From an archaeon (lineage in GTDB: Archaea; Nanobdellota; Nanobdellia; Woesearchaeales; GW2011-AR4), in the NCBI GenBank assembly GCA_002688925.1, contig NZEC01000011.1, positions 61,695 to 125,694 of the forward strand: a stretch of 64,000 nt of DNA. The letters are read 5' to 3'. Positions 36,637 to 45,386 of the stretch are shown piece by piece. Every line of letters begins with the position of its first letter. Positions within the stretch are counted from its first letter, which is position 1. The notes beneath the pieces are model-generated. The model made no database searches and had not been told where the DNA came from. It saw only the letters and a program-made list of their open reading frames with translations. The translations under genes were made by a program, and so were the position numbers.

Positions 36637-37167
36637 ATGGCAAGATTAAGAAAATCTGTATCATATAGGAGAATAGAAAGGCCCTACACAAGAATCTCTA
36701 AATACAAAGAGCAGTCTTTTGTGCGAGCCAATCCCAACTCTAGGATAGTAGGATTCGAGACCGGAACTCCGCAAAAAACCTATAAATACACTCTAAAGTT
36801 GGTAAGTAAAACTGACCTGCAGATAAGGGATAACGCTTTAGAAAGCGCAAAGCAGACATCCAACAAGCTTCTTGAAACTACATTAGGAACTACAAACTAT
36901 CATATGAAATTAAAGCCATATCCCCATCATATCTTAAGGGAAAACCCAATTGCAGCAGGCGCAGGCGCAGATAGATTTTCCACAGGAATGCAGAAGTCTT
37001 TTGGAAAGCCGCATGGTAATGCTGCCCAGGTAAGGAAAGGTTCCATTGTATTTCAGGTTTCTGTCAACAAAGAAAACATAGATACTGCAAAAACAGCGCT
37101 TACAAGAGCATCAAAAAAGCTGCCAAATTCATATTTAATCCAAATAACAGAAAATAAGTCAAAATAA
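36637..37167 (+). CDS. rpl10e: 50S ribosomal protein L10e (uL16)
   Basis: MARLRKSVSYRRIERPYTRISKY... TATA TTTAAAAA (36607-36614) ends 22 nt before this ATG, so the longer ORF-track start (36562) is rejected. Confidence 0.9.
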   Translation: MARLRKSVSYRRIERPYTRISKYKEQSFVRANPNSRIVGFETGTPQKTYKYTLKLVSKTDLQIRDNALESAKQTSNKLLETTLGTTNYHMKLKPYPHHILRENPIAAGAGADRFSTGMQKSFGKPHGNAAQVRKGSIVFQVSVNKENIDTAKTALTRASKKLPNSYLIQITENKSK

Positions 37168-37217
37168 ATTTATTGTCTTATTTTTATATCATTCTTTTAA
37201 GCAATCAAAGAGCTAAA

Positions 37218-37415
37218 ATGAAACTAATAATCAATAGCAAAGAAAAAGACATAAATTGCAACACAGTCTCAGATTTATTAAAAGAGCTTAATTTAAACAA
37301 TGACATAGTTGCAGTTGAATTAAACAAAAACATTGTGCACAGGGAAAATTTTGAAAAAACCAAATTAAAAAACCAGGACAAAATAGAAATTGTAACAGTT
37401 GTGGGTGGGGGTTAA
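37218..37415 (+). CDS. thiS: sulfur carrier protein ThiS
   Basis: 65 aa from the first ATG, ubiquitin-like, ends ...VVGGG. Its stop overlaps the thiG start (TAATG). Confidence 0.75.
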   Translation: MKLIINSKEKDINCNTVSDLLKELNLNNDIVAVELNKNIVHRENFEKTKLKNQDKIEIVTVVGGG

Positions 37416-38182
37416 TGGAAAAACTAAAAATAGGAAATTTTGAATTCAATTCAAGATTATTCATCGGAACAGGTAAGTACGAAAATTTAGATATAATGAA
37501 AAAAGCCCATGAAGCTTCAGGAACAGAAGCTGTTACAGTAGCATTAAGAAGAGTGAATTTAGAAAATGAAAAAGAAAATCTGTTAAATTACATCGACCAA
37601 AATAAATACAAGATTCTACCAAACACTGCTGGCTGCTATACTGCAGAAGAAGCCATAAGGACAGCAAGGCTTGCTAGAGAACTAAAACTTCCTGACTGGG
37701 TAAAATTAGAAGTTATTGGAGATAAAAAAACTCTGATGCCTGATAATGAGGAAACGCTAAAAGCAACAAAAATACTGGTAAAAGAAGGATTTACAGTTCT
37801 CGCATACACAAATGATGATATTGTTTCATGCAAAAAGCTAGAAGAAGCCGGAGCCTCATCTGTCATGCCTCTAGGCGCTCCAATCGGCTCAGGCCAGGGA
37901 ATTCTAAACCAAAACAACATAAAAATCATCCTGGAACAGGCTAAAGTTCCGATAATTGTGGATGCAGGAGTTGGAACAGCATCAGACGCAGCAATAGCCA
38001 TGGAAATAGGTGCAGATGGTGTTTTACTAAACACAGGAGTTGCCTTGGCAAAAGACTCTATAAAGATGGCAAGAGCCATGAAACTCGCAATTGAAGCAGG
38101 CCGAGATGCTTATCTAGCAGGAAGAATCCCAAAAAAGCTCTATGCTTCGGCTTCCAGCCCGACTGAAGGGATTTCAAAGTAA
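37415..38182 (+). CDS. thiG: thiazole synthase
   Basis: [39 protein letters not shown] and [11 protein letters not shown] motifs. Confidence 0.95.
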   Translation: MEKLKIGNFEFNSRLFIGTGKYENLDIMKKAHEASGTEAVTVALRRVNLENEKENLLNYIDQNKYKILPNTAGCYTAEEAIRTARLARELKLPDWVKLEVIGDKKTLMPDNEETLKATKILVKEGFTVLAYTNDDIVSCKKLEEAGASSVMPLGAPIGSGQGILNQNNIKIILEQAKVPIIVDAGVGTASDAAIAMEIGADGVLLNTGVALAKDSIKMARAMKLAIEAGRDAYLAGRIPKKLYASASSPTEGISK

Positions 38183-38254
38183 CAATAATATACTCAATGA
38201 ATAAATATATTCTATCAATGTCAAGAAACAAATAATAAAATAATACTTTTTACT

Positions 38255-38878
38255 ATGGAAAATTTTAATTTTGAAAATAGATTGTATGTAATAACCGAAA
38301 GCGCAATATCAAAAAATAGAACCAATGAATTTATAGTCAATGAAGCAATAAAAGGAGGCGCAGGCATAATCCAGTTAAGGGAGAAAAGCTGGAGCAAAGA
38401 AAAAGTAAAAGAAGAAGCAATAAAACTATTAAAAATCTGCAAAAAAAACAACGTTTTATTCATTGTAAACGATTACATCGACATTGCCCTGGAAATAGGA
38501 GCTCATGGTGTTCATCTGGGCCAGTCAGACATACCAATCAAAGAAGCAAGAAAACTTTGTCATAACAAGCTAATAATCGGATTATCAACCCATTCTATAG
38601 AACAAGCAACAAAAGCAGACAAAGAAGATGTTGATTATATAACAATAGGCCCAATATTTAATACAAGGGCAAAAGACTATACTGTTGGAATCAACATTAT
38701 CAAAAAAGTCCTGGAAAAAGTAAAAAAGCCCGTAATTGCCATAGGCGGCATAAAAAAAAACAACATCAACGATGTTTTAGCTCAGGGTATTAAAAGCATT
38801 GCAGTAATAAGTGCAGTTGTTTCTGCAGATGATGTTAAAGAAGCTGCATTGGAATTAGTTAATAGAATAATTTTATAA
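38255..38878 (+). CDS. thiE: thiamine-phosphate synthase
   Basis: LYVITE, IIQLREK, VNDYIDIALEIGAHGVHLGQ and AIGGI motifs. Confidence 0.9.
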   Translation: MENFNFENRLYVITESAISKNRTNEFIVNEAIKGGAGIIQLREKSWSKEKVKEEAIKLLKICKKNNVLFIVNDYIDIALEIGAHGVHLGQSDIPIKEARKLCHNKLIIGLSTHSIEQATKADKEDVDYITIGPIFNTRAKDYTVGINIIKKVLEKVKKPVIAIGGIKKNNINDVLAQGIKSIAVISAVVSADDVKEAALELVNRIIL

Positions 38879-38901
38879 AACAAATAACATTTCTCATAAC
38901 C

Positions 38902-40014
38902 ATGTTCAGCAAAACCTTCAAAGAAGAATATTATCCGCAAATCCAGAGCTTATTAGAACAGAAAACAAGAGTAGATTCAAGTTCAATAAAAAAAATCTTA
39001 AAAAAAGATAATCTCAATCTAAATGATATTAACAATCTAATCCAATCCTACCCAAATCAAGAATCAAGAAACTTAATTATCAAAACCGCAGCACAAAAAA
39101 GAGAAAAATTATGGAAAAACCGGTTATTTCTTGTTCCTCCGTTGTATGTAACAGACAAATGCGCAAATGACTGCCTTTACTGCCCCTGGAGAAAAAGCAA
39201 CAAAACACAGAGAAGGTCTTTAACAACACAAGAACTAAAAAAAGAGATGAATTTTTTAATAGATACAGGCTATAATACCATTCAGCTTGTAGGAGCCTCT
39301 GACCCGTCTTTTTCTGCAGATAAAATAGCTGAATACATAAAAATAGCAAAAGAAAAGCTAAAAGATAAAAAAGGCCACATAGGCATAAATTTTGAATCTA
39401 CAGATGAAAAAGATTACAAATTATTCATCAATTCAGGCCTTGATTTTGCAAGCCTTTGGCAGGAAACCTATCACCCTAAAACATTCAAAAAAATGCACCC
39501 AAAATCCAGGAAAAGCAATTTTGATTACAGGCTTGATGCATTCGACCGTGCTTTTAGATCAGGATTAAAAAAAGTTGGAATTGCCTTTCTTGGCAGGCTT
39601 TATGACTGGAAATTTGAGCTTCTTTCATTAATTGCCCATGGAACATACCTTAAGCAAAAATACAAAATTGATCCATTTATTATTGGCACTCCAAGATTGA
39701 TCAACACAGATAAAATTAAAATTAACAATCCCAGTAATTTTTCAGATGACGAATGGCTCTTTGCTGTTTCCATCCTAAAGCTTGCTTTCCCAAGATCATT
39801 GCCGTGGTTCAGCACAAGGGCAAGCTTTAATCTAAACAAAAAAGCAGCCCAAGGAGGAGGAGCTTTATTTACATTAGACTGCAGCACAGCAGTAGGCGGC
39901 TATACAATAAAAAAAGATTTTCCCCAATTTCCAGTCTACTCAAAATCCCTGGATAAAGGCATAAAATGGCTGAAACAGCAGGGCTATAAGCCGGAATTCC
40001 ATTTACCGTATTAG
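38902..40014 (+). CDS. thiH: radical SAM 2-iminoacetate synthase (ThiH-like)
   Basis: CANDCLYCPW CxxxCxxC cluster motif, about 370 aa, directly after thiE and close to thiS-thiG. Assignment to ThiH rather than another BioB/HydG-like enzyme rests mainly on context. Confidence 0.7.
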   Translation: MFSKTFKEEYYPQIQSLLEQKTRVDSSSIKKILKKDNLNLNDINNLIQSYPNQESRNLIIKTAAQKREKLWKNRLFLVPPLYVTDKCANDCLYCPWRKSNKTQRRSLTTQELKKEMNFLIDTGYNTIQLVGASDPSFSADKIAEYIKIAKEKLKDKKGHIGINFESTDEKDYKLFINSGLDFASLWQETYHPKTFKKMHPKSRKSNFDYRLDAFDRAFRSGLKKVGIAFLGRLYDWKFELLSLIAHGTYLKQKYKIDPFIIGTPRLINTDKIKINNPSNFSDDEWLFAVSILKLAFPRSLPWFSTRASFNLNKKAAQGGGALFTLDCSTAVGGYTIKKDFPQFPVYSKSLDKGIKWLKQQGYKPEFHLPY

Positions 40015-40264
40015 GAATTAATCATAAAAGTTTATTAAAAATACAAAAGAAATAACCAAAAACCCAATTTTATATAAAAAATAAAGAAAAATTTAAATAT
40101 AAGTTAGTAAATAATGCTTTATTATGACTATGCATACTAGTAAATGGGGACTAAGGAAGATGTTCTTTATTACATATCCCCTTACACTGGTGTGTTAAGT
40201 CTTCTCACATTTTCTCTTTTTGCTTAACGCGCTTTTTATGTTCTAAATCTGTGAGGTGATAAAA

Positions 40265-40360
40265 ATGAGACAAGAAATAAAACCAAAAAAAGAAGATTTT
40301 ATGGAAACGTTGATGTTGTTTGACGTTAACGACATAAACGAGGAATTAAGTAACAAGTAG
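40265..40360 (+). CDS. 31-codon small ORF with a perfect Shine-Dalgarno-like sequence (very tentative)
   Basis: GAGGTGAT (40253-40260) 4 nt upstream of the ATG. TATA-like TTTTTATG (40233-40240) lies 24 nt upstream. Encodes MRQEIKPKKEDFMETLMLFDVNDINEELSNK. Confidence 0.2.
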   Translation: MRQEIKPKKEDFMETLMLFDVNDINEELSNK

Positions 40361-40523
40361 AATGGAAACTAAAACAATTAAAAACAAAATGCATTGGAAT
40401 TATAGGTTTTTTACAGTTAGTTTGAGGAATATTGTTTCTTGGCATAAGCTCATTTCATATACTGGGAAGTGTTGCTGATTTTTCTATATATTGTCTTACA
40501 ATTTAATCCCTAATAGTTACTTT

Positions 40524-40531
40524 TTTATATA
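40524..40531 (+). promoter_or_regulatory. TATA box (TTTATATA) of the tRNA gene
   Basis: Ends 22 nt before the mature tRNA 5' end at 40554. Confidence 0.6.
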
Positions 40532-40553
40532 CTCAAAAATTACTTGTTTATAT

Positions 40554-40644
40554 GCGAGGGTAGCCAAGCGGCCAAGGCGAGCGTCTCAAAATGAGCTCGA
40601 AGCTGCAACCCGCTTATTCCTGGGTTCGAGTCCCAGCCCTCGCT
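40554..40644 (+). tRNA. intron-containing tRNA, class I; probable tRNA-Cys(GCA) via a non-canonical splice (canonical 37/38 splicing would give CAA)
   Basis: Acceptor GCGAGGG/CCCTCGC, D arm GCC-AAGCGGCCAA-GGC, T arm CTGGG-TTCGAGT-CCCAG, 5-nt variable loop, discriminator T, no encoded CCA. 25 nt lie between the anticodon-stem halves (7-nt loop plus an 18-nt insert). TATA at 40524-40531 is 22 nt upstream. Confidence 0.8.
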
Positions 40645-40839
40645 TTTATTTTCATAACAAAAAGCTTTTAAAAACAATAACATTACTAATAAAAATGAGA
40701 AATATCACAATTAATTTTCAAAATAATTTATTTCTGTTAGATAATACTATGTGCTGTTGTTAGTTCTGTTTCATTGTTCAAAATATAATGCCTTAGTTCA
40801 TATTTTTTAAATTTCTATAAAGTGTTTAGGAGGTAATAA

Positions 40840-41142
40840 ATGGCTATTTATTTCAATAAAGACAATAAAATTAAGCTTGAAAATCAAATAGGAGAATTGT
40901 ATGATAGGTATGATAATCAGCCTTTGGGAGTTGATGAAGCTATTTTAGAGAATATGGAATCATGCAATAATTGTACTTTATATATAAATCAAATGTCCAA
41001 AAATAAAAAAAAATACTCTGCAAAAATCATTGAAAGAAAATCCAATGGAAAAGAGCATACAATCAAAGATGGTTCAAAATATATGCCCCATAGAACTGAA
41101 ATTGGCAATTATATTGGGAATGGGTATTGCATATGTCGTTAA
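40840..41142 (+). CDS. hypothetical protein
   Basis: 100-aa ORF with a strong SD AGGAGGT 5 nt upstream. Contains CNNC and a C-terminal GYCICR. Confidence 0.45.
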   Translation: MAIYFNKDNKIKLENQIGELYDRYDNQPLGVDEAILENMESCNNCTLYINQMSKNKKKYSAKIIERKSNGKEHTIKDGSKYMPHRTEIGNYIGNGYCICR

Positions 41143-41165
41143 AATTTAGAATATAAAATACAAAC

Positions 41166-41173
41166 TTTTATTA
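41166..41173 (+). promoter_or_regulatory. BRE/TATA promoter (CAAAC TTTTATTA) of cysS
   Basis: Ends 23 nt before the ATG at 41197. Confidence 0.55.
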
Positions 41174-41196
41174 AATACAATCAGATAAGCAGTAAA

Positions 41197-42555
41197 ATGC
41201 CAATAAAATTATTCAACACATTAACCAGGAAAAAAGAAGCATTAAAGCCAATTAAAGACAAAAATATAAAATTATTCGTCTGCGGCATAACACCTTATGA
41301 TTATGCCCATATCGGCCATGCAAAAACTTATGTGCAGTTCGATGTCATAGTAAAATACCTAAGATACAGAGGATATTCTGTTTATTACCTGCAAAACGTG
41401 ACTGATATCGATGACAAAATAATCAACAGGGCAAAAGAAAAAAATATCAAGCCGCTTGATTTGGCAAGGAATTTTGAAAAAGAATACCATAAAGATATGC
41501 AGGCATTGGGCGTTGATTCTATAACTAAATATGCGCGTGCAACAAAGCACATTAAGGAGATAATAAACCAGGTAAATGCTTTAATCAAGCACGGATATGC
41601 ATATAACATAGAAAATGACGGGATTTACTTCAATCTTAGCAAATTTAAGGAATATGGCAAATTATCAGGCAGAAAATCAATGCAGGCAGAAGACGCTGTA
41701 ACAAGAATAGATGACAGCAAAAAGAAGATCAACAAAGGCGATTTTTGCCTGTGGAAAAAATCAAAAAAAGACGAGCCTTCATGGGACGACCCATGGTTTC
41801 ATAATGGAAGGCCAGGCTGGCATATTGAAGATACAGCAATAAGCGAGAAATATCTTGGCCAGCAATATGATATCCACGGCGGCGCCCGAGACTTGATATT
41901 CCCCCATCATGAGGCAGAAATAGCCCAGATGGAATCTGCCTCAGGAAAAAAGCCCTTTGTTAAATATTGGCTGCATACTGGCTTTCTTAACGTAAAAGGC
42001 CAGAAAATGGCCAAATCGCTGGGAAATTTCATCACAATAAGGGAGGCTTTAAAGAAATATGACCCTAAAGTATTAAGGTTTTTTTACCTCTCAGCCCACT
42101 ACAAAAGCCCGATAGATTTCTCAGAAGAATTATTGAAGCAGGCAAAAAATTCATTGGAAAGATTAAATGATTTTCTAAAAAAAGTAAAATACAGCAAAGA
42201 AAAAGACAACAGCAAATTAATAGAAAAAACAAAAAAGGAATTTTTTAAGAATATGGATGATGATTTTGACACTCCAAAAGCACTTGCAGTTATTTTTGAT
42301 TTTGTAAAAGAGGTAAACAAGACTGGAGGAGGGAAAAAAAGCTGCAACTTAATAATAGAGTTTGATAAAATCTTCAGTGTTTTGACAATAGAAGACCTTA
42401 AGTTAAGCCAGGAAATCAAAAAATTGATAGAAGAAAGAGAAAAAGCAAGAAAAGAAAAAGACTATGAAAAAGCAGATAAAATAAGGGATAAAATAAGGGA
42501 TAAAGGCTATATTCTTGAAGATTCAGATGAAGGTCCAAGAGTCAAAAAAATATAA
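41197..42555 (+). CDS. cysS: cysteinyl-tRNA synthetase
   Basis: CGITPYDYAHIGHAKTY (HIGH), GWHIEDTA and KMAKSLGN (KMSKS). TATA TTTTATTA at 41166-41173 is 23 nt upstream. Confidence 0.95.
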   Translation: MPIKLFNTLTRKKEALKPIKDKNIKLFVCGITPYDYAHIGHAKTYVQFDVIVKYLRYRGYSVYYLQNVTDIDDKIINRAKEKNIKPLDLARNFEKEYHKDMQALGVDSITKYARATKHIKEIINQVNALIKHGYAYNIENDGIYFNLSKFKEYGKLSGRKSMQAEDAVTRIDDSKKKINKGDFCLWKKSKKDEPSWDDPWFHNGRPGWHIEDTAISEKYLGQQYDIHGGARDLIFPHHEAEIAQMESASGKKPFVKYWLHTGFLNVKGQKMAKSLGNFITIREALKKYDPKVLRFFYLSAHYKSPIDFSEELLKQAKNSLERLNDFLKKVKYSKEKDNSKLIEKTKKEFFKNMDDDFDTPKALAVIFDFVKEVNKTGGGKKSCNLIIEFDKIFSVLTIEDLKLSQEIKKLIEEREKARKEKDYEKADKIRDKIRDKGYILEDSDEGPRVKKI

Positions 42556-42688
42556 CTTAGTCTTGGTTTTTTCAAGATAATTTTTAATATAAGTAAGATA
42601 TTTTAACTTTTAATTTTCAGTTAATTTTATATAACATCCATGTTTATTCTATATACTCTATTATAATATAATCTAAACATTAAACAAA

Positions 42689-43381
42689 ATGACATCAGAA
42701 AGCAATTCAAAAGGAAAAAAGATAAAGGAAGACATAGAGAGGATTCTAAAGGATATAAGGGAGTTAAGCAAGGACGTAGATGAAACAGGAGAAGAAATTG
42801 AAGAGACAGGAGAAGATGTAGATAAAATCAAGGAAAATGTGGATGACATTAAAAAAGAGGTCGGAGAGACAGGAGAAGATGTTGAGGAAATCAAGGAAGA
42901 TATTGAGGAAATCAAAGAGGACATAGGAACATTAACCAAAACAATGTCCAGAGGGAAAAAAATATTCTCAAAAGTCGCAACCTCTGTTTTGCCTAATAAA
43001 TTCGCATTTAAGGACATAGCCCAGCAGATTGTAGGTGCAACAATACTTTCAGCTCCTTTTGCAGTAACCGAAGAAGTCTGGAATCTCGCAAGAAACCTTG
43101 ATCAATTGCATATAATAGCTTTAATTTCAATAACTATACTATTTGACGTTCTTTTGTTTTACTACACAAAATACCAGGGAACAGAGAGCAAAAAAACCCT
43201 GTTCTTTCCATTAAGGATAATTTCATTAATTACAGTAACTTACGTAACAAGTGCAGTTGTATTATCAATATTCGGCGTAATTGGAGGCCAGATACAAGAC
43301 CCATTCTGGGCCATGAAGCTTATAGTAATGGTAGGATTATTCGCAAATATAGGCGCAGGAACAGCTGATTTGATAAAGTAA
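42689..43381 (+). CDS. membrane protein with an acidic repeat N-terminus and a multi-TM C-terminal domain
   Basis: Repeated ETGE(D/E)V(D/E)..IKE units, then about four TM helices (resembles uncharacterised integral-membrane DUF families). Confidence 0.5.
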   Translation: MTSESNSKGKKIKEDIERILKDIRELSKDVDETGEEIEETGEDVDKIKENVDDIKKEVGETGEDVEEIKEDIEEIKEDIGTLTKTMSRGKKIFSKVATSVLPNKFAFKDIAQQIVGATILSAPFAVTEEVWNLARNLDQLHIIALISITILFDVLLFYYTKYQGTESKKTLFFPLRIISLITVTYVTSAVVLSIFGVIGGQIQDPFWAMKLIVMVGLFANIGAGTADLIK

Positions 43382-43429
43382 CTGACTAAATAGTAATTTT
43401 AAAAAGAGATTAAAAAAGAAGAAAAATTA

Positions 43430-43987
43430 TTATTTTGTTGAAGCATATACCTGGACTTTTGAATCCGAATATACTCTTGATACATCATTATTTAAAATAG
43501 AATTTCTAATTCCTTTTAGAGTGTCTAAATAACTGGGTGCTAATAATAAAACTCCATTACCTCTTTTTGTTGCTTCATATATTTCCAAATAGTCTTCTAT
43601 ACTTTTAACTTTTTCTAATACAGCTCTTGTAGGTTTCTCGCCCGCCTTAGACACCATCTCGGGCAAATGACTTAATAACTTATGAATATAATTTGTTTTA
43701 ATATCTTCTATTGGTTTTTCTTTTAGATGTTCATAAATCAATTTTTTTGTTGTTGAAATTATATCTGTATCATACCCTAGAGAAAGATCTGATTTTTGAG
43801 TTTCATCATCAACTATTTTATGAAGTTTATCCTCATCCAATTCATTGTTTACTTCTGTAATAATTCCAACTACATATGTATTGGTATTGTTAAAGAATCT
43901 CCTACTATAAAAAATTCCTTTATTTCCCCTACGCTTATGTCTTTTAGGAATTGTAATTTGAATAGCCCCTTTATTCCAACTAATCAT
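43430..43987 (-). CDS. hypothetical protein
   Basis: 185-aa ORF with a basic N-terminus (KRHKRRGNKG) and no recognised domain. Confidence 0.4.
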   Translation of the reverse strand: MISWNKGAIQITIPKRHKRRGNKGIFYSRRFFNNTNTYVVGIITEVNNELDEDKLHKIVDDETQKSDLSLGYDTDIISTTKKLIYEHLKEKPIEDIKTNYIHKLLSHLPEMVSKAGEKPTRAVLEKVKSIEDYLEIYEATKRGNGVLLLAPSYLDTLKGIRNSILNNDVSRVYSDSKVQVYASTK

Positions 43988-44097
43988 TATATTTTATAAG
44001 TATTATATAAATTTTTCGGATTTTTAAAAATAGCTAGTATTAAAACATATCGGAAAACATCTATAAAAACTCAAAAATAAAAGAAAAAATAAAGGAA

Positions 44098-45186
44098 TTA
44101 TTCTTCCCTTTTCCTTCTGACAACCATAACAATGATTACTACTGCTATAATTACCAGCAATATTTCTCCTACTATCAATGTTGCCAAAAATCCTGTTGAC
44201 CGGAACACTGATTTTTCTTCAGTTGTTGGCAGGGTTGGAGTTGTTACTGACTCAGCAACTACATCTGTTGGAGTTGTTGGAACTGTTACAACAGGAGGTG
44301 CTACAACTACTACATCTTCCTCCTCCTCAGCTTCTTTCAAAGCTTCACAATCAGTAACTACAAGGTCTGCTGTTTCTTCCTCTGTATCAGATCCGTCATT
44401 AAATATTACCTCGGATATAATAGAGTATATTCCTGGTGAAACATCAGTTGGCACTGAAAATGTGAATGTTTTTCGAAATTTGCTGTCATCGTCAAAAGCA
44501 TCATTGCTTAAGTCAAATGTTTCCTTAAAACTGACGCCTAAAGCGGAATTAAGCACTTCAAGCACAACTCCATCTTCATCATCAGCTCCTGTATTAAGAA
44601 CCGCAGTTGAAAGCTGGACTGTCCTGCTGCACTTGATTTCTGATGGTGTTATTGTATTTCTTGTGAATTGAACTTCATTGTCTTCTTTCTCTACTTCAAG
44701 ATCAAGAGCATACTCAACTTTATGGGTTGTTCCGTTTTCATCATCACCTTCAACCTCGATTAATACGTCAAAAGTGTCTTCATCCACTTCAAGAGGGATT
44801 TCAAATTCAATCTTTACTTTATCATCATCATCTGCCTTAACGTCAAATTCTTTAGCATCTTCATCTAGATCATCATCATCATCAATGCCTTCAATTGTTA
44901 CAGTAAGCTCGATATCCTCAATTTCTAGATCCTGAGCATCAGTAAAATTATTCTTCACTTCTATAGAAAATTCAACCTTGTCACCTGGCTTTGCCTCATT
45001 CTTTATTTTATCGCCATAATCAAGATTCTTGTCTGATTTGCTTCCTACCTTTACATCAACATCTGTAATAAGAAGCTTTCCGTTAGTGCTTGTTACTTTG
45101 CCATCTTCATTTGCACCTAATGCAAAAGGTGCCATTAATAGAATCAAAATCCCGAATAATATGCTTATATTCCTTATTTTAATCAC
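44098..45186 (-). CDS. highly acidic secreted surface protein with a Thr/Pro linker and C-terminal TM anchor (S-layer/CARDB-like architecture)
   Basis: A GTG start at 45186 gives the signal peptide (M)IKIRNISILFGILILLMAPFALGA. TATA TTTAAATA (45219-45212) is 25 nt upstream. D/E-rich beta domains, a PPVVTVPTTPT...TTPTLPTT linker, and a TM helix plus RRKREE tail. Confidence 0.55.
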   Translation of the reverse strand: MIKIRNISILFGILILLMAPFALGANEDGKVTSTNGKLLITDVDVKVGSKSDKNLDYGDKIKNEAKPGDKVEFSIEVKNNFTDAQDLEIEDIELTVTIEGIDDDDDLDEDAKEFDVKADDDDKVKIEFEIPLEVDEDTFDVLIEVEGDDENGTTHKVEYALDLEVEKEDNEVQFTRNTITPSEIKCSRTVQLSTAVLNTGADDEDGVVLEVLNSALGVSFKETFDLSNDAFDDDSKFRKTFTFSVPTDVSPGIYSIISEVIFNDGSDTEEETADLVVTDCEALKEAEEEEDVVVVAPPVVTVPTTPTDVVAESVTTPTLPTTEEKSVFRSTGFLATLIVGEILLVIIAVVIIVMVVRRKREE

Positions 45187-45386
45187 CCAATATACTGAAA
45201 AATACAACTACTATTTAAAGTTTTTGTTATTATACAATAGTAAGAGATTTTCTATATCAGATAATGACGAAAATTTGGATATTTGTTTAAATGACCCATA
45301 TAATTAATTAATTATTATACCATATCAATAATTCCCTGGATTCATATATAGCAATATATAAATACTATCAAATTTTAGGTTATTTA

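Noticed and set aside
40587-40589. Reading the tRNA at 40554 as tRNA-Leu(CAA) with a canonical 37/38 intron
   Set aside because: The gene has a 5-nt variable loop and a U discriminator, whereas Leu tRNAs are class II with a long variable arm and A73. No BHB could be drawn for the canonical sites. It is kept only as an alternative in the finding.
40015-41196. Integrated mobile element at the tRNA
   Set aside because: No integrase, transposase or duplicated tRNA 3' end was found in the window. Only the weaker observation (atypical SD-bearing ORFs and low coding density) is retained as a finding.
42760-42930. Short tandem DNA repeats (for example GAGACAGGAGAAGATGT twice, GAGGAAATCAA twice) that could suggest a CRISPR-like or satellite array
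   Set aside because: The repeats are in frame inside a coding region and encode acidic peptide repeats. There is no repeat-spacer periodicity and there are no cas genes.
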